From positions 64,001-128,000 of the forward strand of contig JAFKGI010000012.1 of assembly GCA_017307785.1 (NCBI GenBank): a stretch of 64,000 nt of DNA, read 5' to 3'. Positions within the stretch are counted from its first letter, which is position 1. Each line of letters begins with the position of its first letter. A program made the translations under genes and the position numbers. The notes under the pieces were generated by a model that saw only the letters and a program-made list of their open reading frames with translations, was not told where the DNA came from and made no database searches. Positions 36,413 through 45,019 of the stretch are shown one piece after another. The DNA is from Vulcanimicrobiota bacterium (GTDB lineage: Bacteria > Vulcanimicrobiota > Xenobia > Xenobiales > JADMJV01).

Positions 36413-37773
36413 AACGACCGCCTTCCTGGCTGCTGGCCGTCCTCTTCCTGGTTGCACTGGGCAGCTTCATCTCTCTATTGCTCAGTCGCTTCGAAACTCA
36501 ATCCCTGAATGAACTCGAAGGTTACATGCTGTCGGTGGGACGCCCGGTGGCCGAGTTCGCGGGCCAGGGCCTGGAATCCGACAAACTACCAAACCTGGAG
36601 CGCCTGGCTCGGGCGACCCAGACCGCCAGTGGTTGCCGCATTCGCATTCTGGACCGGGAACGTCGGCTGCTGGTGGACTCGTTAGGGGCCGGCCCGCAGC
36701 AGAACAGCGTTGCCTTTCGCGTCGAGGTCAGCGAAGCCCTGAAAGGCCACTATAGCGGCTACACGCGCCTTAGCGACGAAAGCCCGATGTCGCTGGCTCT
36801 GTATACGGCGATTCCCATCAACATCGCCAATCGCGTGGCGGGAGTAGTCTACGTCTCTCATACCACCGACGAAATCCTCCAGCGCCTGGGCGACCTTCGT
36901 CGCATGCTCCAGCGGATCGTGGTCCTGCTGGCCCTGTCCGCCTTCGTGATGTCGCTCTACTATTCGGGCCAGTGGAGAGGCAGCCTGAAACGACTGCGCC
37001 AGCGCGCCGGCCAGTTGGAGGGAGGAGACGACGTCGAAGCCATCGGTCAGGGCATCGACAAACTGGTCGCCTCGCTGCAGACTCAGGTGGCCCAGCTCGA
37101 AGAGGAGAAGTTAAAGACCCGCCTGTTCCTCGAGGATGTTGCTCACGAACTGAAAACACCGATCACTGGGGTCAGCGGTTCGGTGGAATCCCTGCTTGTC
37201 GAGAAGGACGATGATCGCCGTCTGCGCCTGCTGCACACCCTGGACCGTGAAACCCGGCGCCTTTCGGAACTGGTCGGTCGTCTGGTGGAACTACAGAACC
37301 TGGATTACTACGAACTGCGCTGCCAGTCGCTGGAGCTCTGCTCCCTGCTTCAGACGGTCGTCGATACCTTTGAGGGCGAAGCCGAGAAGAAGCAGATCCG
37401 GCTGGGCCTGGAGGGCATCGACGAAGAGGAAGAGCCGCGTTTGTGCGTCTGGGGCGACGCCGACAAACTGCTGGTGGTGCTGGGCAACCTGGTGGACAAT
37501 GCGTTGCGCTGCTCACCGCAGCAAAGCCGCGTGGACGTAACCGTCACGCGCGAAGGCGATTCGGTGACCGTAGCCGTGCTGGATGAAGGACCGGGCTTCC
37601 AACACTCGCTCATCGCCCGCCGGCAACGCGCCGGCGACTCGTCCAATCTGGGCAGTTCCGGTCTGGGCCTGGCCATCGCCAGCCGCATCGTGGCCCTGCA
37701 CGGGGCCGAACTCGATGTTCGCTCCCGGCCCGAAGGAGGCTCCTGCGTGCAGTTCCGGCTGCGCGTCAGCTAG
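36409..37773 (+). CDS. sensor histidine kinase
   Basis: GTG start overlapping the regulator's stop. Two TM segments and a periplasmic domain; H-box HELKTPITGV, N-box LGNLVDNALRCS, G-boxes DEGPGF and GSSGLGLAIA. Confidence 0.9.
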   Translation: MKRPPSWLLAVLFLVALGSFISLLLSRFETQSLNELEGYMLSVGRPVAEFAGQGLESDKLPNLERLARATQTASGCRIRILDRERRLLVDSLGAGPQQNSVAFRVEVSEALKGHYSGYTRLSDESPMSLALYTAIPINIANRVAGVVYVSHTTDEILQRLGDLRRMLQRIVVLLALSAFVMSLYYSGQWRGSLKRLRQRAGQLEGGDDVEAIGQGIDKLVASLQTQVAQLEEEKLKTRLFLEDVAHELKTPITGVSGSVESLLVEKDDDRRLRLLHTLDRETRRLSELVGRLVELQNLDYYELRCQSLELCSLLQTVVDTFEGEAEKKQIRLGLEGIDEEEEPRLCVWGDADKLLVVLGNLVDNALRCSPQQSRVDVTVTREGDSVTVAVLDEGPGFQHSLIARRQRAGDSSNLGSSGLGLAIASRIVALHGAELDVRSRPEGGSCVQFRLRVS

Positions 37774-37800
37774 CCAGGGAAGTTCCGATAGGCCAGGGAA

Positions 37801-38517
37801 GTGACGGCGGCTATGATGAGCTTTCTGCAAGCCGTGGGCGTGCTGCCCTTCCTCTTTCTCGCGGCCTTTACGGCCGGGCTGGCGCTGGCCCCGGCCATGC
37901 ACGCCTACCACATCATGACGTCTTATCTGGTCGGGTGGGCTCCCGGTTGGCACTACGCGGGCGTGGGAGTGGCCATGGCTCTCTCCTATCTGGTCTATGG
38001 CTTCTCGCTCATTTTGATCGCCCCCCTGGTCAACCTGTTGCTGGGCGGTCGCCTGCAACCCTGGCGTGGCAAACAAGTCTCCCCGGGCGCGCTGCGCTGG
38101 TACGTGCACGCGACCATGACTTTGCTGCCCCGCCTGTCGTTTCTAGATTTTATCTCGGCCACGCCCTACATTACCCTCTACTATCGGCTGATGGGGATGA
38201 AGGTTGGCCACAACGTGACCATCAATACCACCGCCATTGCCGACCCCTCCCTGATTGAACTCGGCGACAAGGTGACGCTGGGCGGGTCTTGTAGCTTGCT
38301 GGCCCACTACGCCCAGGGCGGATACCTGGTCATCGCCCCCGTCAAAGTCGGGCGTGGAGCCACCATCGGCCTGCGCGCCATCGTCATGGGCGGGGTCACC
38401 ATTGGCGAGAAAGCCAAAGTCCTGGCGGGCTCGTTTGTTCTTCCCAAGACCGTCATTCCCGACGGAGAAACCTGGGGCGGTATCCCCGCCGTGAAAGTGG
38501 AGCTACATCACGAATGA
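37801..38517 (+). CDS. membrane-anchored hexapeptide-repeat (left-handed beta-helix) acyltransferase-like protein
   Basis: N-terminal TM helices, then imperfect hexapeptide repeats (VGHNVTINTTAIADPSLIELGDKVTLGGSCSLLAH...VKVGRGATIGLRAIVMGGVTIGEKAKVLAGSFV). Confidence 0.5.
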   Translation: MTAAMMSFLQAVGVLPFLFLAAFTAGLALAPAMHAYHIMTSYLVGWAPGWHYAGVGVAMALSYLVYGFSLILIAPLVNLLLGGRLQPWRGKQVSPGALRWYVHATMTLLPRLSFLDFISATPYITLYYRLMGMKVGHNVTINTTAIADPSLIELGDKVTLGGSCSLLAHYAQGGYLVIAPVKVGRGATIGLRAIVMGGVTIGEKAKVLAGSFVLPKTVIPDGETWGGIPAVKVELHHE

Positions 38518-39131
38518 CTCTCAACATCTTTTTTCGCCTTCTCGGTGTGGTCGTACTCATCGGCATCTGGCATCTGACCCAAAGCATCCTGGGTAAGCGC
38601 GGACTTCCGGATGACGGTAAGATTGGGGACAAAGTGCACATCTGGATGGCCCCTCTCCACGCCTATCTGTCGCGAACGCCCTGGGCTGTCTCGGCCTTGC
38701 TCATCACCAGTTCGCTCGGCATCGACGTGCTGGGCCTGTCGGTCCTCTACCTGGGCATCTTCGGTCCCAGCTTCCGACCCATCATCGGTCTGGTGGCCCT
38801 GCTGATGCTTCGTCAGTCCGCCCAGTACCTGACGGCTCTACCCGCTCCTGAGGGAATGATCTGGCGGAACCCCGGCTTCCCATCTCTGTTCGTCACCTAC
38901 GGTGTAAGCAACGACCTGTTCTTCTCCGGGCACACCGGCCTGGCTGTATACGGCTCGCTGACGTTGGCCAGCCTGGGAATTCCCTGGCTGACCGCCATCG
39001 TGATCCTCATCGGCCTGTATGAAGTCTTCGCCGTGCTGGCCCTGCGTGCTCACTGGACGATGGATGTCTATGCCGGCCTGGTCAGCGCCATTCTCTGCTG
39101 GGTCGTTTCAGGGATCTTTCCAAACTTCTAG
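38514..39131 (+). CDS. PAP2_C / sphingomyelin-synthase-like phosphotransferase-family membrane protein
   Basis: ATGA overlap with the upstream gene. Multi-TM protein with an S-G-H-T motif (FFSGHTGLAVYG) and an H-(Y/W)-T-x-D-V motif (AHWTMDVYAGL), which characterise the SMS/PAP2_C lipid phosphate transferase family. Confidence 0.55.
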   Translation: MTLNIFFRLLGVVVLIGIWHLTQSILGKRGLPDDGKIGDKVHIWMAPLHAYLSRTPWAVSALLITSSLGIDVLGLSVLYLGIFGPSFRPIIGLVALLMLRQSAQYLTALPAPEGMIWRNPGFPSLFVTYGVSNDLFFSGHTGLAVYGSLTLASLGIPWLTAIVILIGLYEVFAVLALRAHWTMDVYAGLVSAILCWVVSGIFPNF

Positions 39132-39249
39132 CCATAATGGGCGAGTGAAGATCGGCCCATCCTTTCCAAAGCTCAGCTTTACCGCTTGCCTGAATCGCCA
39201 GGCTCAGGCGGATTTCCAGCCCCAGTCGGTGGAGCAGGCAGTCGACGGT

Positions 39250-40260
39250 ATGGTTTTTTCCAAGGCCTTGAAGACGGCGAGGCCCGAAACCGATCGGACT
39301 CTCAAAAGCGACCGCCTCAATCCCGCTTCGGATGCTCTGCTCCTCAACTTGATCGACAAACTTCCCAGGTCGCTGGCCAGTATGACCTGGTCTGCCATCA
39401 AGCGCTGGGTCCACAAGGGGGACGCCACTCCTGAGCCGCTGAAAGACAAACAGGGTGCTGACTTCCAAGTAGGCAAACAGGTCCCCATCCGGCTGGACGC
39501 CTTGATGGACACCCTCAAGACGACCATGACCGACTTTACCCCCAGCATTGGAGCGGAGCACGTCTGGAGCAAGGACGCCAAAGGCTATCAGGGGCTGGGT
39601 TTCTGGAGCCGGGTCGGCTCCTTCGTCAAAGGGGAGCGCCCCTTTCCCTTCCCCACCTTCGGCCGCAGCAAGCTGATTTGCGCGCTGGGACTGGGGGCAA
39701 CGGCCGTGGTCATGCCAACCGGCCAGGAAAAGGGATTGCGCGAATGGATGCTCCAACAGCAAAAGGGTTCCATTGAACTCCATCAACTCTTCGGTCAAGC
39801 CTACAAACTGAATCAGGGCGATCTTTACAGCACCCTGCTATGCGCCGAAAACGTGCTGAGTGAGGGCCTCTACGACCCCAATCGTCAGGATCGAGAAGTC
39901 ATCTCCAAGCTCAGCTACCTGCGCAGCGACTCGGCGCCCCTCGGAGACAATTTCGGCGGATGGTATCATCTCTTCGGCGCTGCCCTTTACAGCCTGATGC
40001 GCCCGGAATGGAAGTCCGACGTCTGTCTCAAGGTCGAAGACATGGGAAGCTTCATTCTGGAAGGCAAAGACCCTCAGGAAGACCACATCAACCAGTTGGG
40101 CAAGCAGTTGGGCATCGAACTCAAAAAGATCGCCCGCGAGGGTCTGGAGCCGGGCGCTGGAGCCCGCCCCTACCTGAATTTGCAAGAATTCGGATGGAAT
40201 CGTAAGTCAGTCGTCGTGACTGGCGCTGGCACTGCCGGTGATAGGAATGGCCGGTCCTAG
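39250..40260 (+). CDS. hypothetical protein
   Basis: The long ORF 39019..40260 overlaps the previous gene; the first ATG downstream of that gene's stop is at 39250. No motif recognised; the start is uncertain. Confidence 0.35.
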   Translation: MVFSKALKTARPETDRTLKSDRLNPASDALLLNLIDKLPRSLASMTWSAIKRWVHKGDATPEPLKDKQGADFQVGKQVPIRLDALMDTLKTTMTDFTPSIGAEHVWSKDAKGYQGLGFWSRVGSFVKGERPFPFPTFGRSKLICALGLGATAVVMPTGQEKGLREWMLQQQKGSIELHQLFGQAYKLNQGDLYSTLLCAENVLSEGLYDPNRQDREVISKLSYLRSDSAPLGDNFGGWYHLFGAALYSLMRPEWKSDVCLKVEDMGSFILEGKDPQEDHINQLGKQLGIELKKIAREGLEPGAGARPYLNLQEFGWNRKSVVVTGAGTAGDRNGRS

Positions 40261-40884
40261 AAAAGCCGGGTCTGGACGCAGCAGGTACACGTTGAGAACC
40301 GCTTTACACCGGGCCAGAAACTCCCGCTGCTCGTTGTAGTTCGCATCCAGGTACTGGCGCCTGTCGGCCACTACTCCCTGAGCCTCGATTCCGGCGCTGC
40401 GTGCCAGAAACACCGAGCGATCCAGATGAAACCCGTTGGTCACCACTACCGCGTTTTCGACCAGAAAGACTTTGCGGGCTCGAACCATCGTGTCGTAGGT
40501 ATTGAAGCCGGCATGATCCGTAAAGATCCGGTCGTCGGGAACGCCGTGATCGCGCGCGTAATGTCTCATCGCGTTGACTTCATCGTAGTTGGACTGCCCG
40601 TGGTCTCCACTCATCAGCAGGCGCTCCACCTTGCCCGCCTTATAGAGGGCAATGGCCGCGTCCACTCGATCTTCCAGGACCGGGCTGAGACGTCCACTTT
40701 TGCCGTAGACCAGTGCTCCCAAAACGATGCCGACCTGGGCGTGCTGAACTTTCTCGGCCGGCACCACATAGGGCCGGGCCTGGCGGTGCACCCACCAGTT
40801 CATCAGGGGGGCTACCGCCAGGGCGGCAAAAAACAGCAAGAAGAACAACCAGAGCATTTTCCGTCCTCGCGGCCAGTTTCTCAT
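40207..40884 (-). CDS. sanA: SanA/YdcF (DUF218) family protein
   Basis: N-terminal TM helix, then a DUF218 core (VGIVLGALVYGKSGRLSPVLEDRVDAAIALYKAGKVERLLMSGDHG...EVNAMRHYARDHGVPDDRIFTDHAGFNTYDT). Confidence 0.75.
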   Translation of the reverse strand: MRNWPRGRKMLWLFFLLFFAALAVAPLMNWWVHRQARPYVVPAEKVQHAQVGIVLGALVYGKSGRLSPVLEDRVDAAIALYKAGKVERLLMSGDHGQSNYDEVNAMRHYARDHGVPDDRIFTDHAGFNTYDTMVRARKVFLVENAVVVTNGFHLDRSVFLARSAGIEAQGVVADRRQYLDANYNEQREFLARCKAVLNVYLLRPDPAFLGPAIPITGSASASHDD

Positions 40885-40993
40885 CGATGTGCATCATAGC
40901 AGGACAACCATACCCGCGGCGAGGTACCCCCTTGCCCTGCCCGATCAGGTTGGGTGGCCTACGATAGAGTCAGACCCAAGATGGGAGAAGGCG

Positions 40994-41389
40994 ATGATGA
41001 AAAACCAACTTATGATTCTTTTGGCCACGGCCGCACTGGCTGTTGGATGCTCGCAAGCCGAGCGCAACGATATGGCCAACAAGGCCGACCAGGAGATGAG
41101 ACAGGCGGGCCAGACCGCCAAGCAAGAGATGAAGAAGGCCGGTCAGGCCATGGACGAAGGAGTCAACTCGACCCGCATCAAGTCCGCCCTGCTCTCCAGC
41201 AAGAAACTGGACGCCAGCTACATCAACGTGGACACCGAGCAGAAAACCGTCTTTCTGCGCGGCAGCGTAAAAACCGCCGACCAGAAGAAGTTGGCCAACG
41301 ATCTGACCAATAACATGATCGCGCCCGATCAGAAGCTGGTGAACGAGCTGAAAATCGCCGCAAACCCCGATGAACATCCACCCCAGTAG
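40994..41389 (+). CDS. BON-domain lipoprotein (OsmY-like)
   Basis: ATG at 40994 with GGGAGAAGG upstream. Lipobox LAVGC; BON-like segment (IKSALLSSKKLDASYINVDTEQKTVFLRGSVKTADQKKLA). Confidence 0.55.
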   Translation: MMKNQLMILLATAALAVGCSQAERNDMANKADQEMRQAGQTAKQEMKKAGQAMDEGVNSTRIKSALLSSKKLDASYINVDTEQKTVFLRGSVKTADQKKLANDLTNNMIAPDQKLVNELKIAANPDEHPPQ

Positions 41390-41414
41390 TTGAATAGTGC
41401 GGGAGGGTAACACG

Positions 41415-41558
41415 ATGACGGAGCCAATTTTCGAAGTTCGTTTTCAAGAGTTACTGGGAGAGCGGCCGGTCCGCCAAGAAAGCCGCGCCGCGGTCATTTT
41501 TCTGCAGGCCCTGTTTGACGAAGCGGGCCAGTTCTACGAAGAGGAAGAAGCGGCTTGA
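41415..41558 (+). CDS. candidate 47-codon small ORF overlapping the DUF72 start
   Basis: This ORF is absent from the six-frame track because it is under 60 aa. ATG at 41415 is preceded by GGGAGGG with a 7-nt spacer; it encodes MTEPIFEVRFQELLGERPVRQESRAAVIFLQALFDEAGQFYEEEEAA. Its TGA (41556-41558) overlaps the TTG start (41555) of the DUF72 gene. Confidence 0.3.
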   Translation: MTEPIFEVRFQELLGERPVRQESRAAVIFLQALFDEAGQFYEEEEAA

Positions 41559-42442
41559 TCTTAGTCGGAACGGCCAGCTGGGCCGACAAAAGTTTGGTGG
41601 ATAGCGGGAAGTTCTATCCTCCTGAGGTGAAAAACGCCGAAGAGCGGCTGCGCTACTACGCCGACCACTTTCCCCTGGTGGAAGTGGACTCCAGCTATTA
41701 TGGACTTCCTTCGCCTGCCATGGTGCAGGCATGGGCCGACCGGACTCCGGTCGGCTTTTTGTTTAACGTCAAGGCTTTTCGACTGTTCACCGGTCATCAG
41801 GCTCTGCCCAAGGTTCTCCCCAAAGACTTGAGGGAAGCACTGGGGGCCGACCCGACCCGAAACGTCTATCTCAAGGACCTGCCGGGGGAAATCCGCCAGG
41901 AACTTTGGAAGCGGATGCGCGAAATCGTAGAACCACTGAGATCTACCGGCAAATTTGGCGCCTGGCATTTTCAGTTCGCCCCCTGGCTGGCCTTTCACCC
42001 CGAGAACATGGAGCTGCTGGCCGAGTGCTGCACGCAGCTCCCCGGCGACCAGCTGGCCGTGGAATTTCGCAACGCCTCCTGGTGGACCGAGAAACACCTG
42101 GAACGCACCCTAGAGCTGCAGCGAGAGTTGGGAGTCAGTCACGTCGTGGTCGACGCCCCCCGGGGAGTCAAGCCGGAAATTCCCACCGTTTGGGCCACGA
42201 CCGACTCGAGGCTGGCGCTCCTCAGACTGCATGGTCGAAATGCCGAGACGTGGAACAAAAAAGGCCTCAAGACATCCTCCGAGCGCTTCAACTACGACTA
42301 TTCCGAAGAGGAACTGGAAGAGCTGGTTCCCCATCTTCGAGAATTGGAAAAGCACGCCCAACAAGTGGACGTGCTTTTCAATAACAATCACGAAGACCAG
42401 GGGCAACGCAACGCCAGGACCCTACGGCGGCTGCTCGACTAA
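41555..42442 (+). CDS. DUF72 (UPF0759) family protein
   Basis: TTG start. Characteristic N-terminus (I)LVGTASWADKSL...FYP and conserved blocks (FPLVEVDSSYYGLPS, HFQFAPW, HVVVDAP, ALLRLHGRN). 295 aa. Confidence 0.8.
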   Translation: MILVGTASWADKSLVDSGKFYPPEVKNAEERLRYYADHFPLVEVDSSYYGLPSPAMVQAWADRTPVGFLFNVKAFRLFTGHQALPKVLPKDLREALGADPTRNVYLKDLPGEIRQELWKRMREIVEPLRSTGKFGAWHFQFAPWLAFHPENMELLAECCTQLPGDQLAVEFRNASWWTEKHLERTLELQRELGVSHVVVDAPRGVKPEIPTVWATTDSRLALLRLHGRNAETWNKKGLKTSSERFNYDYSEEELEELVPHLRELEKHAQQVDVLFNNNHEDQGQRNARTLRRLLD

Positions 42443-43614
42443 ATCGCCAACGCCACCGGCTCCAGACTGTAGCGGTATTCTTCCATCAAATGGTGGATAA
42501 CAGCTTTGAGACTACGATTGCGCCGATAGACCTGGCGCTGGCGCTGGGTACTGTTGCCGCGCTCCAAGGTCAGATGCGCGCGGTGCAGATGGTGAGCGCA
42601 GCCCAAACGCTGAGCGTGGCTCTCCAGCTTGTGAAAGAGATCGTGAAGCTCGTGACCCAAACAGGCGACCGTCCCGTGTTCGTCGGTAATCACCTCGGCT
42701 TCCAGGCCCCAGCGGATCGCCCGCCATTTGTTCTCTCGCAAGGCCCATTCCGAAGCGGTTGCCGGGAGCAGTCCCGACTGGCGCTGCTCTTCCAGGTAAG
42801 AAAACAAGCTTTGCACCACCGCGACCAGGGCCATCGTGTCGCTCAAATTGGCCTGACCATCGCAAATGCGTAATTCCAGCGTGCCGAAGTGCGGGCAAGG
42901 GCGGATGTCCCAGTGCAGATCCTTGAGGCTGCCAATCGCACCACTACGAAGCATCCGGCGGGTCAGGTCGAGATAGTCGCTCCAATCTCGCATGAGCGGA
43001 GCGGGACCTGAGATCGGCTGGCTCTCGAAAACAGTGGCCCGGGCGCTGGCCAGGCCGCTGTCTTGACCGTGCCAGAAAGGCGAACTGGCCGAGAAAGCCA
43101 GCAGGTAAGCCAGGTAGGGCCTGGCCGCATTGAGCAGTTCGATGGCCTGTTGACCGCTGGTCATTCCCAGATGGATGTGCAGACCGAACAGGTTCTTGTT
43201 TTTCCCAATCCACTGGTTTTTCTTAAGAAGCCGGCGGTAGCGACGATCCGGATAAAGATGCGCCTCCTGTCCCAGTCCCGCGAACGGGTGAGTGCCGACA
43301 CCAGCGATCCCAATATTGCTCCGTTGGGCGACCTCCAGTAGGCGAGAGCTGGACTCTCCAAGCTCACGCTCGGCTTCGTCTACCGTTTTACAAACCCCGG
43401 TGACCATCTCCAGCATGGTTGAATAAAATTCAGGTTTGAAGGCCGACGAATCGCCCAGCGCGGCCAGCAATCTCGGCGAGACGGGAGCCAGGTCGAGCGT
43501 CCGCTGATCCAGCAGCTGAACTTCAACCTCAACGCCCAGAGTCAAAAATTCTGAAGGATGAAAGTCCTCATTTTGAGTGGCTAGCTGTAGCATAGATTCG
43601 CTCCAATCTGGCAA
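42439..43614 (-). CDS. ybdK: carboxylate-amine ligase YbdK / glutamate-cysteine ligase family 2
   Basis: GCS2 pattern: N-terminal LTLGVEVEVQLLD, central GTHPF...HIHLG, C-terminal conserved Arg/Glu blocks. 391 aa. Confidence 0.8.
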   Translation of the reverse strand: MPDWSESMLQLATQNEDFHPSEFLTLGVEVEVQLLDQRTLDLAPVSPRLLAALGDSSAFKPEFYSTMLEMVTGVCKTVDEAERELGESSSRLLEVAQRSNIGIAGVGTHPFAGLGQEAHLYPDRRYRRLLKKNQWIGKNKNLFGLHIHLGMTSGQQAIELLNAARPYLAYLLAFSASSPFWHGQDSGLASARATVFESQPISGPAPLMRDWSDYLDLTRRMLRSGAIGSLKDLHWDIRPCPHFGTLELRICDGQANLSDTMALVAVVQSLFSYLEEQRQSGLLPATASEWALRENKWRAIRWGLEAEVITDEHGTVACLGHELHDLFHKLESHAQRLGCAHHLHRAHLTLERGNSTQRQRQVYRRNRSLKAVIHHLMEEYRYSLEPVALAI

Positions 43615-43854
43615 GAATGGACGGCTTCCACCTACCGTCTCTTTAGAAAGCTTAAGAGGGTATAGGCAAGTCGGGTTAGGTACTCCAGTATGGGTCCTAT
43701 AGTTGCCTGTCGCTTTTTGCGAAATTTATGCAAACAGCCGTTTGAGGCGATATTCCGGGCCTCAAGCAAGCCTCTAACCCCAGGACGGGAGTTGAGCTGC
43801 ATGAAGCGAGTTGTCCACTTCCGTCCTGTCAGGCCCGGGTCATTCGTCCCGCAA

Positions 43855-43890
43855 TCAAAAAAGGCGCCGGTAGAACCGGCGCCTTTTCAA
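43855..43890. terminator. bidirectional rho-independent terminator
   Basis: AAAAAA-GGCGCCGG-TAGA-ACCGGCGCC-TTTTCAA: a perfect 9-bp GC stem flanked by an A tract and a T tract, immediately 3' of the nuclease gene on the minus strand. Confidence 0.7.
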
Positions 43891-43905
43891 TGGACTTGGG
43901 ATCTG

Positions 43906-44943
43906 TTAGGTGCCCTGGGGGGCGTCGTGGATGTCGCCGAAGTTGATGTGGGTCAAGTCTTCGAGCTGCTTGATGGTGACGCGGAACTGGTCGAAGTTGG
44001 TCAACTCGACGTGGTTCTGCCCGCCGTTGCCCTCTTTGCCGATCAGGTCGTCCTGATGCATCACGTAGGCTGCGCCCTGCAGGCCACCCTTGCCGTCCGG
44101 CTCCACGGCGACCTTATAGAAAGCGCGCGGCATCTGCGTGGGCGGATCGACTTTGCCCTTGTTGTCAAATTTCGGATCATCTTCCAACAAGACCGGACCG
44201 GTGAAGACGGTAATCTTCTTGTGGTCATTGATGGCGCCGTTGAGAACGTGGTTCTCCAGGTCCAGCCAGTTCTTCTGGTTGAGTTCAGAGTGCTGCAGAG
44301 AAGCGTTGGTATAGACGAAGGTGTCATCTTGCCCCTTCTCTCCGTCGGGTCCCCACATCGGGTCGCGGCGGCGCACCATGTGCCCCTTGTCGATCGAGTT
44401 GTTGGAGTAAACTTCGTTGCCGAGCTGATACTTACGGTCGATGCGGGAGTCAAAGACCCATTTGCCGTCACGCTCGTGCTCGACATACTGGCTGCCGTCG
44501 ACATTGACGGCGGTCAACAGGGGAGTGCGACGCTCCTTGTGCTGGATCACCGAGAAATGGGTGTATTTCAGTTCGTGGCTGCTGGGGTCGTCCTTGAGCG
44601 TGGCGGCCTTGGCTTCAAGCTCCGGGTCCAGGGTGGGCAGCGGCAAATTCACGCCCAAGAAGTTGGCCTGGTAGCCTTCGCGATTGGGGAAATCGCGGAA
44701 CATTTCGTTGCCCATTTGATGGGGCGCTTCATTTTTAGGAGTGCGATTCTGGCCTTTGGCAAAATCGCGCAAACGATTGGAATCCTGTGAAGTCTGGTTG
44801 CGGTCCTCCCGCTCGTAGCGATCGTTGTGACGCTCGTTCTTGGCCTGCCACTGTTTGTGGTCATTGCGCGAAAACGTTTGGGTGTTTTGATTTAAGCGGG
44901 TAATCATGTGTGCTGTAACCTCTCCGGTGTCTGATCGGAGCAT
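43906..44943 (-). CDS. DNA/RNA non-specific endonuclease (NucA/Endonuclease_NS family), apparently leaderless
   Basis: Catalytic D-K-G-H-M motif (SIDKGHMVRRRD; family DRGH consensus) and downstream conserved N (TNASLQHSELN). The N-terminal ~90 aa are highly polar/charged with no hydrophobic signal peptide. Confidence 0.75.
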   Translation of the reverse strand: MLRSDTGEVTAHMITRLNQNTQTFSRNDHKQWQAKNERHNDRYEREDRNQTSQDSNRLRDFAKGQNRTPKNEAPHQMGNEMFRDFPNREGYQANFLGVNLPLPTLDPELEAKAATLKDDPSSHELKYTHFSVIQHKERRTPLLTAVNVDGSQYVEHERDGKWVFDSRIDRKYQLGNEVYSNNSIDKGHMVRRRDPMWGPDGEKGQDDTFVYTNASLQHSELNQKNWLDLENHVLNGAINDHKKITVFTGPVLLEDDPKFDNKGKVDPPTQMPRAFYKVAVEPDGKGGLQGAAYVMHQDDLIGKEGNGGQNHVELTNFDQFRVTIKQLEDLTHINFGDIHDAPQGT

Positions 44944-45019
44944 ATACGGTCCCGGAGGTTACAACTGTTACAAAAACATGAACAGCCCGGAGGGTGGCGG
45001 AAATGATTTCAGCTGCTTT

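Noticed and set aside
39019-39249. The N-terminal 77 codons of ORF 39019..40260.
   Set aside because: This stretch overlaps the 3' end of the PAP2_C gene in another frame. The start was moved to the first ATG after that gene's stop (39250), though the true start remains uncertain.
43690-44790. 366-aa plus-strand ORF (Val/Gly/Leu-rich).
   Set aside because: It is fully antisense to the well-supported NucA-like endonuclease gene. The composition is the typical mirror-frame artefact of GC-rich coding DNA and there is no motif.
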